A stretch of DNA of 64,000 nt from a virus, in IMG/VR virus record IMGVR_UViG_3300031420_000498; one strand, 5' to 3'. Shown in pieces: positions 54,405 through 63,740 of the stretch. Position 1 is the first letter of the stretch; every line of letters begins with the position of its first letter. Made by a program: the position numbers and the translations under genes. The notes below the pieces were generated by a model. It was not told the origin of the DNA. It searched no databases and saw only the letters and a program-made list of their open reading frames with translations.

Positions 54405-54582
54405 ACTCTTAGGCTGATTCCAATATGGAACACTGAATTTTTGTTTCATATTCTGCATATGAATTAGGGCTCCAAGAAAAACTGAGGGCAACTTCCGAAA
54501 GGGGTTGCCCTCAGTTCGTTGGCTGTGTAGGTTAGAAAAGACCACCACAAACCAGCGCAAACCTGTCCTAAGGAGCACACCC

Positions 54583-54789
54583 GTGGAAACCATTTCGACT
54601 AAGACCGACATGATCCCCGTGCAGCTTGTCCACATCAACGAGGAGAGCGAGATCGCGGTGATCCTCGAGGAGGGTGACGGGCTCAAAAGAGGCGTCAATC
54701 TCTGGCAGGTCGAAGGCCACGAGCGCAAGTCCGATGGCCTTCGTTCCTGGCGCTACCGGGCAACGAAGGTAGCTGCAGCAGGCATCTGA
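54583..54789 (+). CDS. small hypothetical protein (GTG start)
   Basis: AAGGAG SD. Confidence 0.55.
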   Translation: METISTKTDMIPVQLVHINEESEIAVILEEGDGLKRGVNLWQVEGHERKSDGLRSWRYRATKVAAAGI

Positions 54790-54917
54790 CCCCGTGCTTC
54801 GATAGTCTACCACTTCTTCGAGAAAACTCTCTTCGAGCTGACGGTTGCTTTCTCCGGGGAATCCAAATAGGTTTAGCTTCACACCACATCACAACCGTTC
54901 TTCGAAGGAGAACTCCC

Positions 54918-55208
54918 ATGGCAACCGCCGCCGTCATCGACACCACGAAGCCCTTCCTCTACATCTCGCCCTCGCTGATCGGTGATTCGGAGCTCCTCCG
55001 TAAGACCCTCTTCGATCTCAAGTCCATCGACAAGGCGCTGGATGCGGTGGAGGCCCGCGACGGCCGATCGGACGCCCTCGATGAGCCCCTGGAGTCCGCC
55101 CGTACGGCGCTGGCAGCAACCAAGGACGCGCTCATCGAGGCCTACGCCATCGCAGCCACCGAAGAGGCCTACGGCGAGGACTTCGACGCCGCCTTGCTCG
55201 CCGCCTGA
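54918..55208 (+). CDS. hypothetical protein
   Basis: GAAGGAG SD. Confidence 0.7.
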   Translation: MATAAVIDTTKPFLYISPSLIGDSELLRKTLFDLKSIDKALDAVEARDGRSDALDEPLESARTALAATKDALIEAYAIAATEEAYGEDFDAALLAA

Positions 55209-55230
55209 GTCGCTCAGGGAACAGCCTAAG

Positions 55231-55265
55231 AAAGCCCGCCAGTTGTGCTACTGGCGGGCTTTTCC
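55231..55265 (+). terminator. intrinsic terminator
   Basis: AAAGCCCGCCAG / CTGGCGGGCTTT + TT. Confidence 0.75.
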
Positions 55266-55331
55266 CCTACCCGGTCGCTGCCTGTGAAGCTCGTGGTTGT
55301 GTAGACCGCTCCGAGGGCATATGATGAATCC

Positions 55332-55685
55332 ATGACCACCGAAGCTACGCCCACCGCTGCCCGCTGGGGTATCTCAGAGCCTGTCGCTCCCGTGATCCCC
55401 CACGAGCGAGTCCTGGACTTCCTTCAGAACGCGCCTGGCGGATCGCTCGTTGAGATCTTCGATGACATCTACCAGAAGAGCTTCTACAAGAACAAGTGGC
55501 TCCACCTCAACGATGTGCTGGACTACGAGTACAACCACTCCACTCCCGAGCAGCTCGCTCCGGACTCTGCACTGACCCAGGTCTTCGCTCTCCGGATCGG
55601 CGAGGGCGGCTACAGCTCCGAAAACCGAGAGTCGCAGCAAGCCCGCATCGATGCTGCCATCGACGCCCGGAATAGCGCTTCCTAG
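55332..55685 (+). CDS. hypothetical protein, leaderless
   Basis: GTTGTG..TATGAT -6 nt- ATG. Confidence 0.7.
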   Translation: MTTEATPTAARWGISEPVAPVIPHERVLDFLQNAPGGSLVEIFDDIYQKSFYKNKWLHLNDVLDYEYNHSTPEQLAPDSALTQVFALRIGEGGYSSENRESQQARIDAAIDARNSAS

Positions 55686-55737
55686 TACGCTCACCACGAA
55701 CCGTAGAACTCATCAGCTACAGAGAATCGAGAGACAG

Positions 55738-56130
55738 ATGTCCGGCATGTTGCTAGCTCAGCGCAAGATCACCATCGGCCCCAAGGGTGCACCGACCTAC
55801 ATCGGTGAGTTCCACAACCGCTACGGGGACGAGGAGCAGCTTTTCCATAGCTACTGTGGGGAACACGCCGACTTCGGTACCTGCGGTACGCAGGAGGAAG
55901 CACAGCGTGCGGCCGAGGCCCACCTGCGAAAGTTCCACTCGGAGCTCCTCCCCGTGGGCACAATCCTCTTCACCGAGGCGCAGCTCGCGGACGAGCTTCG
56001 CTACCGGCTGCGCACTGTAGCTGCCCTGGCCCTGAGCCGCGGCAAGCACAAGGAGAAGCTCCCGGACAACTTCATCGAGGAGCAGGTTCTCCTCGCCACC
56101 GAATCACTCAAGCTCAAGAGCGAGAAGTAG
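55738..56130 (+). CDS. hypothetical protein
   Basis: ORF track, codon bias. Confidence 0.65.
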   Translation: MSGMLLAQRKITIGPKGAPTYIGEFHNRYGDEEQLFHSYCGEHADFGTCGTQEEAQRAAEAHLRKFHSELLPVGTILFTEAQLADELRYRLRTVAALALSRGKHKEKLPDNFIEEQVLLATESLKLKSEK

Positions 56131-56140
56131 GAGATCATCC

Positions 56141-57013
56141 ATGTCCCGTCAAGTCCGTCGAATGCCCCTCGACTTCGATTGGCCCCTGAGCCTTGTCTGG
56201 GATGGCTATCTCCGACCCGAGAAGTTCCAGGAGGAGAGCTGCCCCGACTGCGAACACGGCTACTCTCCCGAAGCCCTGGTCTTCTACCAGGAGTGGTATG
56301 GCTACATCCCCTTCGATCCTACCTCCACGGGATCCACACCCTTCCTCCCCGGTGGTCCTGAGGCTCAGCACTGGGCAAAACGACAGATCGAGCAGAGTCC
56401 GAATTTCTACGGCACCGGCGTGCTGGCCATTGCCCGGGAAGCAAAGCGGATCACTGATCTGTGGAACGGAAGCTGGTCCCATCACCTGAGCCAGGCAGAT
56501 GTGGACGCGCTCCTCGAAGCCGATAGGCTCATCGAGTACACCCACGACTTCATCTCAGGTACTGGCTGGGTTGAGAAAGAGAACCCCGTCCATCCCACAG
56601 CTGAGCAGGTCAACAGCGGCTACCTCTTGGGCTTCGGCCACGACGCGATCAACGCATCGGTCTGCATGAGCGCCCGGGCAGATCGCGAGGGTGTTCCCTA
56701 TACCTGTGCGACCTGCGAGGGCCACGCGTCTGTCGAGGCCTACCCCGGACAGCGGGCCGAATCCGAAGCCTGGGAGCCTGAGAAGCTCCCTCAGGGTGAT
56801 GGTTGGCAGCTCTGGGAGACAGTCTCAGAGGGATCGCCGGTGACCCCAGTCTTCGCAACCGCTGAAGAGCTTGCTTCCTACCTCTTCGACCGTAGCGATC
56901 TCTTCGGCCCGGGCTGGAAGGCTGAGAATGAGGCATCCGTACTCAGCTGGGTGCAGGGCGATGGATGGATCCCCAGCGGCATCTTCCCCGAAGAGAAAGC
57001 AGTGATCGGCTGA
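56141..57013 (+). CDS. phage-type hypothetical protein with CxxC pairs
   Basis: RQVRRMPLDFDWP..CPDC..CATC..GWQLWETVSEGSPVTPVFAT. Confidence 0.75.
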   Translation: MSRQVRRMPLDFDWPLSLVWDGYLRPEKFQEESCPDCEHGYSPEALVFYQEWYGYIPFDPTSTGSTPFLPGGPEAQHWAKRQIEQSPNFYGTGVLAIAREAKRITDLWNGSWSHHLSQADVDALLEADRLIEYTHDFISGTGWVEKENPVHPTAEQVNSGYLLGFGHDAINASVCMSARADREGVPYTCATCEGHASVEAYPGQRAESEAWEPEKLPQGDGWQLWETVSEGSPVTPVFATAEELASYLFDRSDLFGPGWKAENEASVLSWVQGDGWIPSGIFPEEKAVIG

Positions 57014-57052
57014 TCGTTGCTATGGTATCAGCGATGGTGTAGGGTAGATTTC

Positions 57053-57355
57053 ATGGATAACAACATCTCTGTGGATGGCTTTGCTGGGCTTGCTGAACTC
57101 TTCGAGAGGAACGCTCGGGAACAGCCGCTGACGACGATTACAGTCGTCAACTTCGACAGGCTTCCCATCGCTTTGGCCGTTGAACCGCGAATGGAAGAGG
57201 CAGTAGCCATGGTTCGCAGGAACGGAGGCACTGTCGTCTACTCTCGAACTGCCTACGGATCGCAGGTCGTTTGGAGTCGTATCTGCATCCAAACCACCAA
57301 CTCGCTGACTGCCTGGTTCTTCCGAGAGATCGTCGAGATCAACCAAGGCCGTTAG
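57053..57355 (+). CDS. hypothetical protein, probable paralog of 57449-57724
   Basis: LPIALAVE..RRNGGTVVYS..VVW. Confidence 0.6.
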   Translation: MDNNISVDGFAGLAELFERNAREQPLTTITVVNFDRLPIALAVEPRMEEAVAMVRRNGGTVVYSRTAYGSQVVWSRICIQTTNSLTAWFFREIVEINQGR

Positions 57356-57448
57356 GCTGACTATTTCAGCCCTGTAAACACTGACAGCACTTTCCGTGAA
57401 CGGAGTAGCCGTCAGTTAGAGATCATTCCCAAAGCCAGGGAGTGGACC

Positions 57449-57724
57449 ATGAACAGCATAGCCATCGAGGACATCCTACGGGAGCTCAGCTTCGTATCAC
57501 CGGAGCTGAGCTCCTTTGTTCATACTGAGGACTTCATCCTTCCCCTAGCAGCTGAGGACAGAGCCCACGAGCTCCTCCGGGTGGCTCGGCAGTCGGGAGC
57601 TTCGGTCCACTACAGCTCAGAGAGTGGAGAGTCGGGGCTGGTCTGGAGAGACGCTTACTTCTCGGGACCCACAGAGCTCCTCATCCGGCTCCTCGAGGGG
57701 CTCCGAGAGTGCCGGAGCTCGTGA
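57449..57724 (+). CDS. hypothetical protein, probable paralog of 57053-57355
   Basis: FILPLAAE..RQSGASVHYS..LVW. Confidence 0.6.
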   Translation: MNSIAIEDILRELSFVSPELSSFVHTEDFILPLAAEDRAHELLRVARQSGASVHYSSESGESGLVWRDAYFSGPTELLIRLLEGLRECRSS

Positions 57725-57976
57725 GCCTGAATCTACGAGCACTGGGGCTGGGCTCGTTGGTTTCAAGGCGAGTCCCGGCGTTGCCTCTGGCAGCCTGAGC
57801 GCGCAGGCTACAGCATCGACAAGGCCGATACTCTAGGCTGTGTCCGAGCCCATTCTGAGTGACCTTTGGCTCAGAACACAGATCCAACATCACGATGCGT
57901 GAGTTTTGCTATCCGCCCGAAAGCCAACCGGTAGGCTGTTAGATAGTTCTGTGAAAGCTCGATCGAAGGAGACCCC

Positions 57977-58111
57977 ATGAGCGACAGTCTACTCTCAGTA
58001 TCTTCGGCCTTCGGCGGAGCCTACCAGGATCTCTTCGAGTGCGACGGCGGTGTTCCGGGATTCACCGATGTGCAGCTTCAGGCAGGTCAGGGAGTCGGCT
58101 ACCAGCGCTGA
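57977..58111 (+). CDS. small hypothetical protein (44 aa; not in ORF track)
   Basis: GAAGGAG SD before ATG 57977. Confidence 0.45.
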   Translation: MSDSLLSVSSAFGGAYQDLFECDGGVPGFTDVQLQAGQGVGYQR

Positions 58112-58157
58112 TCCTGAGGCCATTGTGCTCAGATCAACTCCCGTGTAAGATAGCCCC

Positions 58158-58397
58158 ATGGCATTTCAGCGCTTTTCTCTTCGAGGCTTCTCCGACAGCT
58201 TCACTGTCCGTCGCACAGTGAACCTCATCGGCGAGCGCTACAGCTGTTCTGCAGAGCTCTACGAAGGCCGCCACCTCCGCCGTAGGATCGACAGCATCCG
58301 ATCCTTCGTCCCCGCCTTCAGCGGTGAAGTAGCGGGCGATGAGATGACAGCTGAGTTCCAGAGGCAGCTCCTCGAACGCCACGGGCTCCGGGGCTGA
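58158..58397 (+). CDS. hypothetical protein, leaderless
   Basis: GTG-TAAGAT -6 nt- ATG. Confidence 0.65.
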   Translation: MAFQRFSLRGFSDSFTVRRTVNLIGERYSCSAELYEGRHLRRRIDSIRSFVPAFSGEVAGDEMTAEFQRQLLERHGLRG

Positions 58398-58453
58398 ACT
58401 TCGGTAGGATAGCTAAAAGGTCAACCAGTAGCTAAGCACCAGGGAGTACCGCC

Positions 58454-58804
58454 ATGGCAACAATCGAAGCCACCGACAAGTTCATCCAGGAGCTCAAGGA
58501 GATCCTCACCGAGGACTACTTTGCGCGCACCGAAGAAGGTGATCGAGTTGAGTCTGAGCTCGACCCCGAGAAGAGCTTTGAAACCGTCAGCGTCGAAGCC
58601 CAGGGAAAGCGCCGTTGGACCGAACGCTATTCAGTCGTAACGAAGATCCCGGACGGGCGATTCTTCCGCTGGGAGCACGAGGTCGCCAACACTGAAATGC
58701 AGGAGAACGAGGGGCCCGCAGAGTACGGAGAGCCGTCGCTGACTGAGGTCTTCGAGCACAAGAAGGTCACGGTAGTCTACGAGTACACCACCGAGGACAA
58801 CTGA
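58454..58804 (+). CDS. phage-type hypothetical protein
   Basis: RRWTERYSVVTK..EMQENE; GGGAG SD. Confidence 0.7.
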   Translation: MATIEATDKFIQELKEILTEDYFARTEEGDRVESELDPEKSFETVSVEAQGKRRWTERYSVVTKIPDGRFFRWEHEVANTEMQENEGPAEYGEPSLTEVFEHKKVTVVYEYTTEDN

Positions 58805-58976
58805 CTTCTGCAGAATCCTCCAATTCGACGCTAAAGGGCCTTCAATGGCCCTTTAGTGCATTTTACAAGGAAATAGACAAAATAATTGCAACGAATTCGG
58901 CGTTGCGTTTGACTTTCGCCAGATAGTGCGATAATACTGGTGCTAACCCAATACACATCTACCAGGGAAAGTCAAC

Positions 58977-60320
58977 ATGGAAACCGCAAAGAAGAGGTTC
59001 AGGCCGGCGGCCCTGAGCGCAGCAGCAGCCGTCGCTTTGGTGGCTGGCTTCCTCACCATCGTTCCCGCCAATGCTGCTACTGCAGCAGGCGACCCAAATC
59101 AGTCCTGTGCAAAGCCCATCGAACTCTCGGGCGATGAGCAGCGCGCTCTCTACGAGCGAACCTCGGGGCTTTCCAGCGATGACCTGGCAGCTGAGCTCCT
59201 TTGCTTCAGCACTGTCGGTAGCAACCCCAAGCCGGGCGGCACGCTGAACCTGCAGGTTTCGCCGGTCTACGCCAATACTACCCTCTCCTCCTCCAGTGTC
59301 AACTGGTTGGATGAGGATGGGACCATCATCGGATCATCCCTCACGAGCGACGGAGCTGACGGCTGGACCTCGAGCCTTTCGCTGGCCGATGGTCACAGCG
59401 GGAAGACGATCCACCCGGAACTCTCCGACATCCAGATCGACCTTCCGCTCGAATACGAGGTCTCTGTTCCCGACCTCTGGGATCAGGTTTGCCTCGACGA
59501 GCTCACTCCCGCACCGGTTGAGACCCCGCCCGCGGATCCGACCACTGAGCCCACCGACGGAGAGACTCCTCCTACTCCAGTAGAGGGCGATCCGACGGCC
59601 ACGCCTGCACCGACCCCCGTCATCACTGAAGCTGACAGGGAGATGTGCCTCGTAGAGCCCGGTTACACTCAGCTTGCCGATCAGCTGCTGCGTGTTCAGG
59701 GAGCCTCCTTCGTCGGAGCCGGCCAGGCCGTGAGCTACGCTCCCGCAACCCTGGGCACTGTCTCCATCAGTGGCGAGGCGCTGGTCACCACCACGCTGAA
59801 GTCGAAGATCACCGGCGCCACCAAGGCGAAGACCGTGTCCTTCCAGTGGCTCCGCAGTGGCGCTGCCATCAAGGGTGCTACCGGCTCGACCTACAAGGTC
59901 GTGGACGCTGACAGATCCAAGGATCTGACGCTGAGAGTGACAGCATCCAGCCCTGGACAGCCTGTCGTGGTCAGACCCAGCAACAAGATCTCGAAGGTGC
60001 TCGGCAAGCTCAGCACGCCGAACCCTAAGGTCAGCCTCGTCAACGGTGGCATCAGCTGCCCCCAGTGGAACTGCAACGCGAAGATGCAGGTGAAGGCAAC
60101 CGTGGACAAGGGCGCCACCGCAAAGTACCAGTGGTACCGGAATGGCAAGGCAATCAAGGGCGCTACCAAGAGCACCTACGCCGTGAAGTTCAAGTACTCC
60201 AAGGGCCTCAAGTACACCGTGAAGTACACCGCCACTGTCGAGGTTTCCAAGTCCGGCTTCAAGACCGAGAAGCAGTCTAGCGAGAGCACTGCTTCCGCGT
60301 GGGTGAAGCTCCCGAAGTAG
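58977..60320 (+). CDS. secreted/surface protein with Pro/Thr linker and two Ig-like repeats
   Basis: Signal peptide ..VPANA; FQWLRSGAAIKGATGSTY and YQWYRNGKAIKGATKSTY repeats. Confidence 0.8.
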   Translation: METAKKRFRPAALSAAAAVALVAGFLTIVPANAATAAGDPNQSCAKPIELSGDEQRALYERTSGLSSDDLAAELLCFSTVGSNPKPGGTLNLQVSPVYANTTLSSSSVNWLDEDGTIIGSSLTSDGADGWTSSLSLADGHSGKTIHPELSDIQIDLPLEYEVSVPDLWDQVCLDELTPAPVETPPADPTTEPTDGETPPTPVEGDPTATPAPTPVITEADREMCLVEPGYTQLADQLLRVQGASFVGAGQAVSYAPATLGTVSISGEALVTTTLKSKITGATKAKTVSFQWLRSGAAIKGATGSTYKVVDADRSKDLTLRVTASSPGQPVVVRPSNKISKVLGKLSTPNPKVSLVNGGISCPQWNCNAKMQVKATVDKGATAKYQWYRNGKAIKGATKSTYAVKFKYSKGLKYTVKYTATVEVSKSGFKTEKQSSESTASAWVKLPK

Positions 60321-60372
60321 GCTCGAAGCGCTAGTAGTTGCACGGCGGGGAACTCTGGTATAGGATCCAATC

Positions 60373-60678
60373 ATGGACACCGACCAGAGCCCCCGCCGTT
60401 CTGCTACGCCCGCAAAGGCCGAGAGCAGCTCGCTTCCCACCGTGATCTTCTACGGAGCCGTCTGCCTGGCGATCTTCGCCATCGGACAGGGGCACTGGGG
60501 CTTCCTCCTCGTCGCTGCGCTGATCATGCTCCCCTTCGGCTTCCTCCTCATCGTCCCCGCGCTCACCAGCTACCTGGGCCTGCGCAACATGTACCGCCAC
60601 CCGGAGCTCTACTCGACAAAGATCATCGAGGACGAGCAGGGCAAGTTCGTCTCAATCAGCTGGAACCGAATTCGCTGA
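60373..60678 (+). CDS. membrane protein (2 TM), leaderless
   Basis: TA-TAGGAT -6 nt- ATG; two hydrophobic helices. Confidence 0.7.
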   Translation: MDTDQSPRRSATPAKAESSSLPTVIFYGAVCLAIFAIGQGHWGFLLVAALIMLPFGFLLIVPALTSYLGLRNMYRHPELYSTKIIEDEQGKFVSISWNRIR

Positions 60679-60717
60679 CCATCGATAGCATCAAATTCTA
60701 GGGAAGAGAGATTCACC

Positions 60718-61011
60718 ATGGCCAAGGCCAAAGTCAGCCGCATCAAGAGCTTCTCCAACATCGACGAGGTCTTCGCTCGGATGTATGAGCAGGGCTACTT
60801 CATCAACGAGAACCACCGGGATGAGGAGCTCGCCCGGATCAAGGGGCCGACGCCTACCGGTAGCGCCAACGAATACTGGTACTCCAACGGTGCTCAGCAG
60901 CTCAAGATCTTCAAGCAGATGTTCGGATCATTCGAGCTCTGCAACTTCATGGGGATCATCAGCCCGAAGCTCGAGGAGCTCTTCGAGCTCGCAGAGATTC
61001 CCCGGCGATAG
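60718..61011 (+). CDS. hypothetical protein
   Basis: Codon bias. Confidence 0.7.
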   Translation: MAKAKVSRIKSFSNIDEVFARMYEQGYFINENHRDEELARIKGPTPTGSANEYWYSNGAQQLKIFKQMFGSFELCNFMGIISPKLEELFELAEIPRR

Positions 61012-61051
61012 GTCCCCGAGTCCGCCCCACTAAGATTCTGTATGTCAGTAT

Positions 61052-61086
61052 TTGACATCTCAGACATTGGCATGTAGGATGTAAAT
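61052..61086 (+). promoter_or_regulatory. sigmaA-type promoter of a leaderless gene
   Basis: TTGACA (61052) -17 nt- TAGGAT (61075) -6 nt- ATG 61087. Confidence 0.85.
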
Positions 61087-61389
61087 ATGAACACTCCACT
61101 TCGCTCCGAAATCCTCCACGACCAGATCGACCGGGCCCGGACCTACCTCCATCTCGCCGCGGAGACCCGGGACCTCAACCTGGCCAAGTTCGCCCTGGGG
61201 GTGCTCACGGGTGCAGTCACTGCTGGAGCCCCTGTCGAGGACCACTACCGGCTCTACGAGGCTGGCTACGAGGGACAGGCCATGGCCGACATTGAGCGCG
61301 TGCTCGATGTGGCTGACCTCCTGACCCGCCGCGGCTACAGCTATGTGGATCGGCTTCAGTACATCGAACGGGAGGGCAACCGTGGCTAA
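61087..61389 (+). CDS. hypothetical protein, leaderless
   Basis: Promoter; codon bias. Confidence 0.7.
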   Translation: MNTPLRSEILHDQIDRARTYLHLAAETRDLNLAKFALGVLTGAVTAGAPVEDHYRLYEAGYEGQAMADIERVLDVADLLTRRGYSYVDRLQYIEREGNRG

Positions 61390-61597
61390 GCGCTTCACCA
61401 TCTCAGAGACAGAAGGCCAGCAGCGGTCCTTCTCCTACCTCGTCGGGGATGACTTTCCCGTCGGATCCTGGGCTGCCGACGAACAGCCTGCAGATCTGGT
61501 CGTCGGCGAGATCGAGTCCCTGAGCTCGGGCGACAACTGTCCCTTCTTCGCCTACGATCCGGCCGGCGAGATCATCGTCGCAGTGAGCGAGCTCTAG
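61382..61597 (+). CDS. small acidic hypothetical protein
   Basis: GGAGG SD, GTG overlapping upstream stop. Confidence 0.6.
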   Translation: MAKRFTISETEGQQRSFSYLVGDDFPVGSWAADEQPADLVVGEIESLSSGDNCPFFAYDPAGEIIVAVSEL

Positions 61598-61642
61598 GCC
61601 ATTGACTGGGCTGACCACAGACCCGAGGGTGGCTTCCGTGAG

Positions 61643-62257
61643 ATGCTCCTCCTCGACATCATCCGGGACTACAAGCCAGTCTATCCCGATGGTGGAACCT
61701 GGGATGATGCAGCGGCCCTGCTCTACGCCGAGCAGCCTGAGCACATGGCTGAGCTCAAGGCTTCCCTGGATCGGAAGGGCTGGCGAGATCCGATCCGGCT
61801 GTCGAGCCAGGAGGACATGGACTCGGATGACGGAGAGGCCTATGTGCTCGACGGTACCCACCGGGTAAGCCTGGCCATGCGAGAAGGCGTGATCTCTCTG
61901 CCCGTGGTGACAAGCGACGAGCTCCCCGAGTGGGACACTGAGCCCGAACCCTTCACCGAGTTCACCATCGAGTTCCTCTCGGGCCCCGAGATCACGGACG
62001 ATCAGGACTACGAGCTCATGGAGCTCTTCATCTCCCTGGAGCTCAACGAGGACATCTGGCTCAACTCTGACATCAGCTCTAGCCACCGGAGCGAGCGCTG
62101 GAGCTACTACTACGATGCGCTCCAGGACGAGACCCATCACAATCAGCTCAAGCGAGTTGCCCGGGCCCGGCTCAAGCGCCACTTCCCCGAGCACAAGTTC
62201 AAGCTCACTACCTCGATCGAGAGCTTCGAGGAAGAGGAAACTCAAGAGGATGGCTAG
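61643..62257 (+). CDS. ParB/Srx N-terminal-like domain protein
   Basis: LKASLDRKGWRDPIRL..YVLDGTHRV..LPVV. Confidence 0.75.
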   Translation: MLLLDIIRDYKPVYPDGGTWDDAAALLYAEQPEHMAELKASLDRKGWRDPIRLSSQEDMDSDDGEAYVLDGTHRVSLAMREGVISLPVVTSDELPEWDTEPEPFTEFTIEFLSGPEITDDQDYELMELFISLELNEDIWLNSDISSSHRSERWSYYYDALQDETHHNQLKRVARARLKRHFPEHKFKLTTSIESFEEEETQEDG

Positions 62258-62312
62258 CTTCCCGGTCTAGCTGCCTTCAAAGACCTACCGATGGAGGCGC
62301 GATAGTGGGCAC

Positions 62313-62867
62313 ATGGTCACTCCCAGAGAAAAGCGCTATCTTGAGCTCATGCGAGGCTTCAGCTCCGAAGAGCTTGAGCGTCTCCCCCTAGAATACAGCC
62401 TCTACACGAACGACCTCCCGAAGACCATCGGGAGCTTCCTGGAGACTGGACCTAGGCTCCACATCCCTGAGCTCGAAGTCCTGGACAGGCTGTCCGGTGA
62501 GCTCCAATCCAGCATCAACCGTCAGCTCTTCCTGACTACTCCCTGGAAGCCACCGATCGTTCTCCTCCCCCGGGACCGGAGCCGCATCAGGGCAGAGCGG
62601 GCCGCCGCGCTGAGGCTGGCAACTGAGGCGAGCGCTGACATCCACCGAAAGCTCCTCCAGGAATACTTTTTCCTCACTAACTTCTTGGAGCTCACTCTCC
62701 TAGTCCAGCGTGAGGTAGCCAGTGCTCTCGGCGCTGAGCTCAACGAGACCCATGTGGCTACCTACAAGCGCGCCACGGCGAAGCTCATCGAGATCTTCCA
62801 GAAGACCGACGATGGCTATGAGCAGACTCAGCGCCACATCATCGAGAAAAGTCCAGCATCGGCCTGA
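62313..62867 (+). CDS. hypothetical protein, paralog of 63282-63740
   Basis: LERLPLEYSLYTNDLP ... LQEYFF..FLEL. Confidence 0.7.
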   Translation: MVTPREKRYLELMRGFSSEELERLPLEYSLYTNDLPKTIGSFLETGPRLHIPELEVLDRLSGELQSSINRQLFLTTPWKPPIVLLPRDRSRIRAERAAALRLATEASADIHRKLLQEYFFLTNFLELTLLVQREVASALGAELNETHVATYKRATAKLIEIFQKTDDGYEQTQRHIIEKSPASA

Positions 62868-62981
62868 AGATAGCCCTTCTCCCGAAGAACCATTGACAGA
62901 CAGCGTCGGTCATGTAGTGTTAGGGCTATGAGGGCCGATCGAGCTGCTCAGAACATCGAGATCGATTAGGAAGTACCAGCC

Positions 62982-63185
62982 ATGGCAGCAACCCGTCAGC
63001 AGAAGATCGAGGCACTGAGCGAGTTCCTCGAGACCCGGGCTCAGGCCCGACCCCGTGGTCACAGCTCCCTGGATGGCATCGGCTGTCCGGACCACGACGG
63101 GGCCTTCCAGGGCCTCGCCGCCGAGCTCCTCGAACTCATCGAAGAGGACGGCTACGGCTACGCCGGGCAGGAGCCCGCAGTCTGA
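62982..63185 (+). CDS. small hypothetical protein
   Basis: AGGA SD; upstream TTGACA..TAGTGT. Confidence 0.6.
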   Translation: MAATRQQKIEALSEFLETRAQARPRGHSSLDGIGCPDHDGAFQGLAAELLELIEEDGYGYAGQEPAV

Positions 63186-63204
63186 TCTTCAGGCTCCACA
63201 GACC

Positions 63205-63245
63205 CAGAGGGACCGAAGCGACTACTCCGCGTTTCGGTCCCTCTG
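63205..63245. terminator. 13-bp inverted repeat
   Basis: CAGAGGGACCGAA / TTCGGTCCCTCTG. Confidence 0.65.
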
Positions 63246-63281
63246 CTGTACTCAGGGGCAGTCGGTTCTGATAGTAGATCC

Positions 63282-63740
63282 ATGAACCCAGCAGCGGAGC
63301 AGAGTTTTCAGAAGCTCATGGGGCAGCTCTCAGAGTCTGACCTCGAAGAACTTCCCCTGGCCTACAGGGTCTACCGGGATGACCTACCGGCCCTCGTCGA
63401 GCTACTCCACGAGCAGAACCTCGCCATGCCTTTGGAGAGGCTCGACATCCTCAAGGTACTCCTCTTCGAGGCCAAGAAAAATCAGAGCGATCGGCTCGAT
63501 GCTGCCTTCGATGGTGACGATGAGAAGCTCGCAGAGCTAGAGCTCTACAATCGGGCCATCGGCGAGATGGCGCTGAAGGAGTACTTCTTCTCCCTGACCT
63601 ACCTGGAGCTCGGTCACTTCCTTCAGCGAATGCACTTTGAGCTCCGGGGCGGAGAAGTCCCCGATGAGATCCTGGAGCTCCAGGGATCTGTGCGAGACTC
63701 CCTGGTGAGCGCCTTCCGGCTCATCGAGGAGCTGCAGTAG
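63282..63740 (+). CDS. hypothetical protein, paralog of 62313-62867
   Basis: LEELPLAYRVYRDDLP ... LKEYFF..YLEL. Confidence 0.7.
   Translation: MNPAAEQSFQKLMGQLSESDLEELPLAYRVYRDDLPALVELLHEQNLAMPLERLDILKVLLFEAKKNQSDRLDAAFDGDDEKLAELELYNRAIGEMALKEYFFSLTYLELGHFLQRMHFELRGGEVPDEILELQGSVRDSLVSAFRLIEELQ

Noticed and set aside
59500-59625. Low-complexity CCGAC/ACC repeats
   Set aside because: They encode the Pro/Thr linker of the surface protein.
4635-62257. DnaB + ParA + ParB as a replication/partition locus
   Set aside because: Genes are tens of kb apart, DnaB looks degenerate, the ATPase is CpaE/MinD-like, and I saw no iterons or parS repeats.
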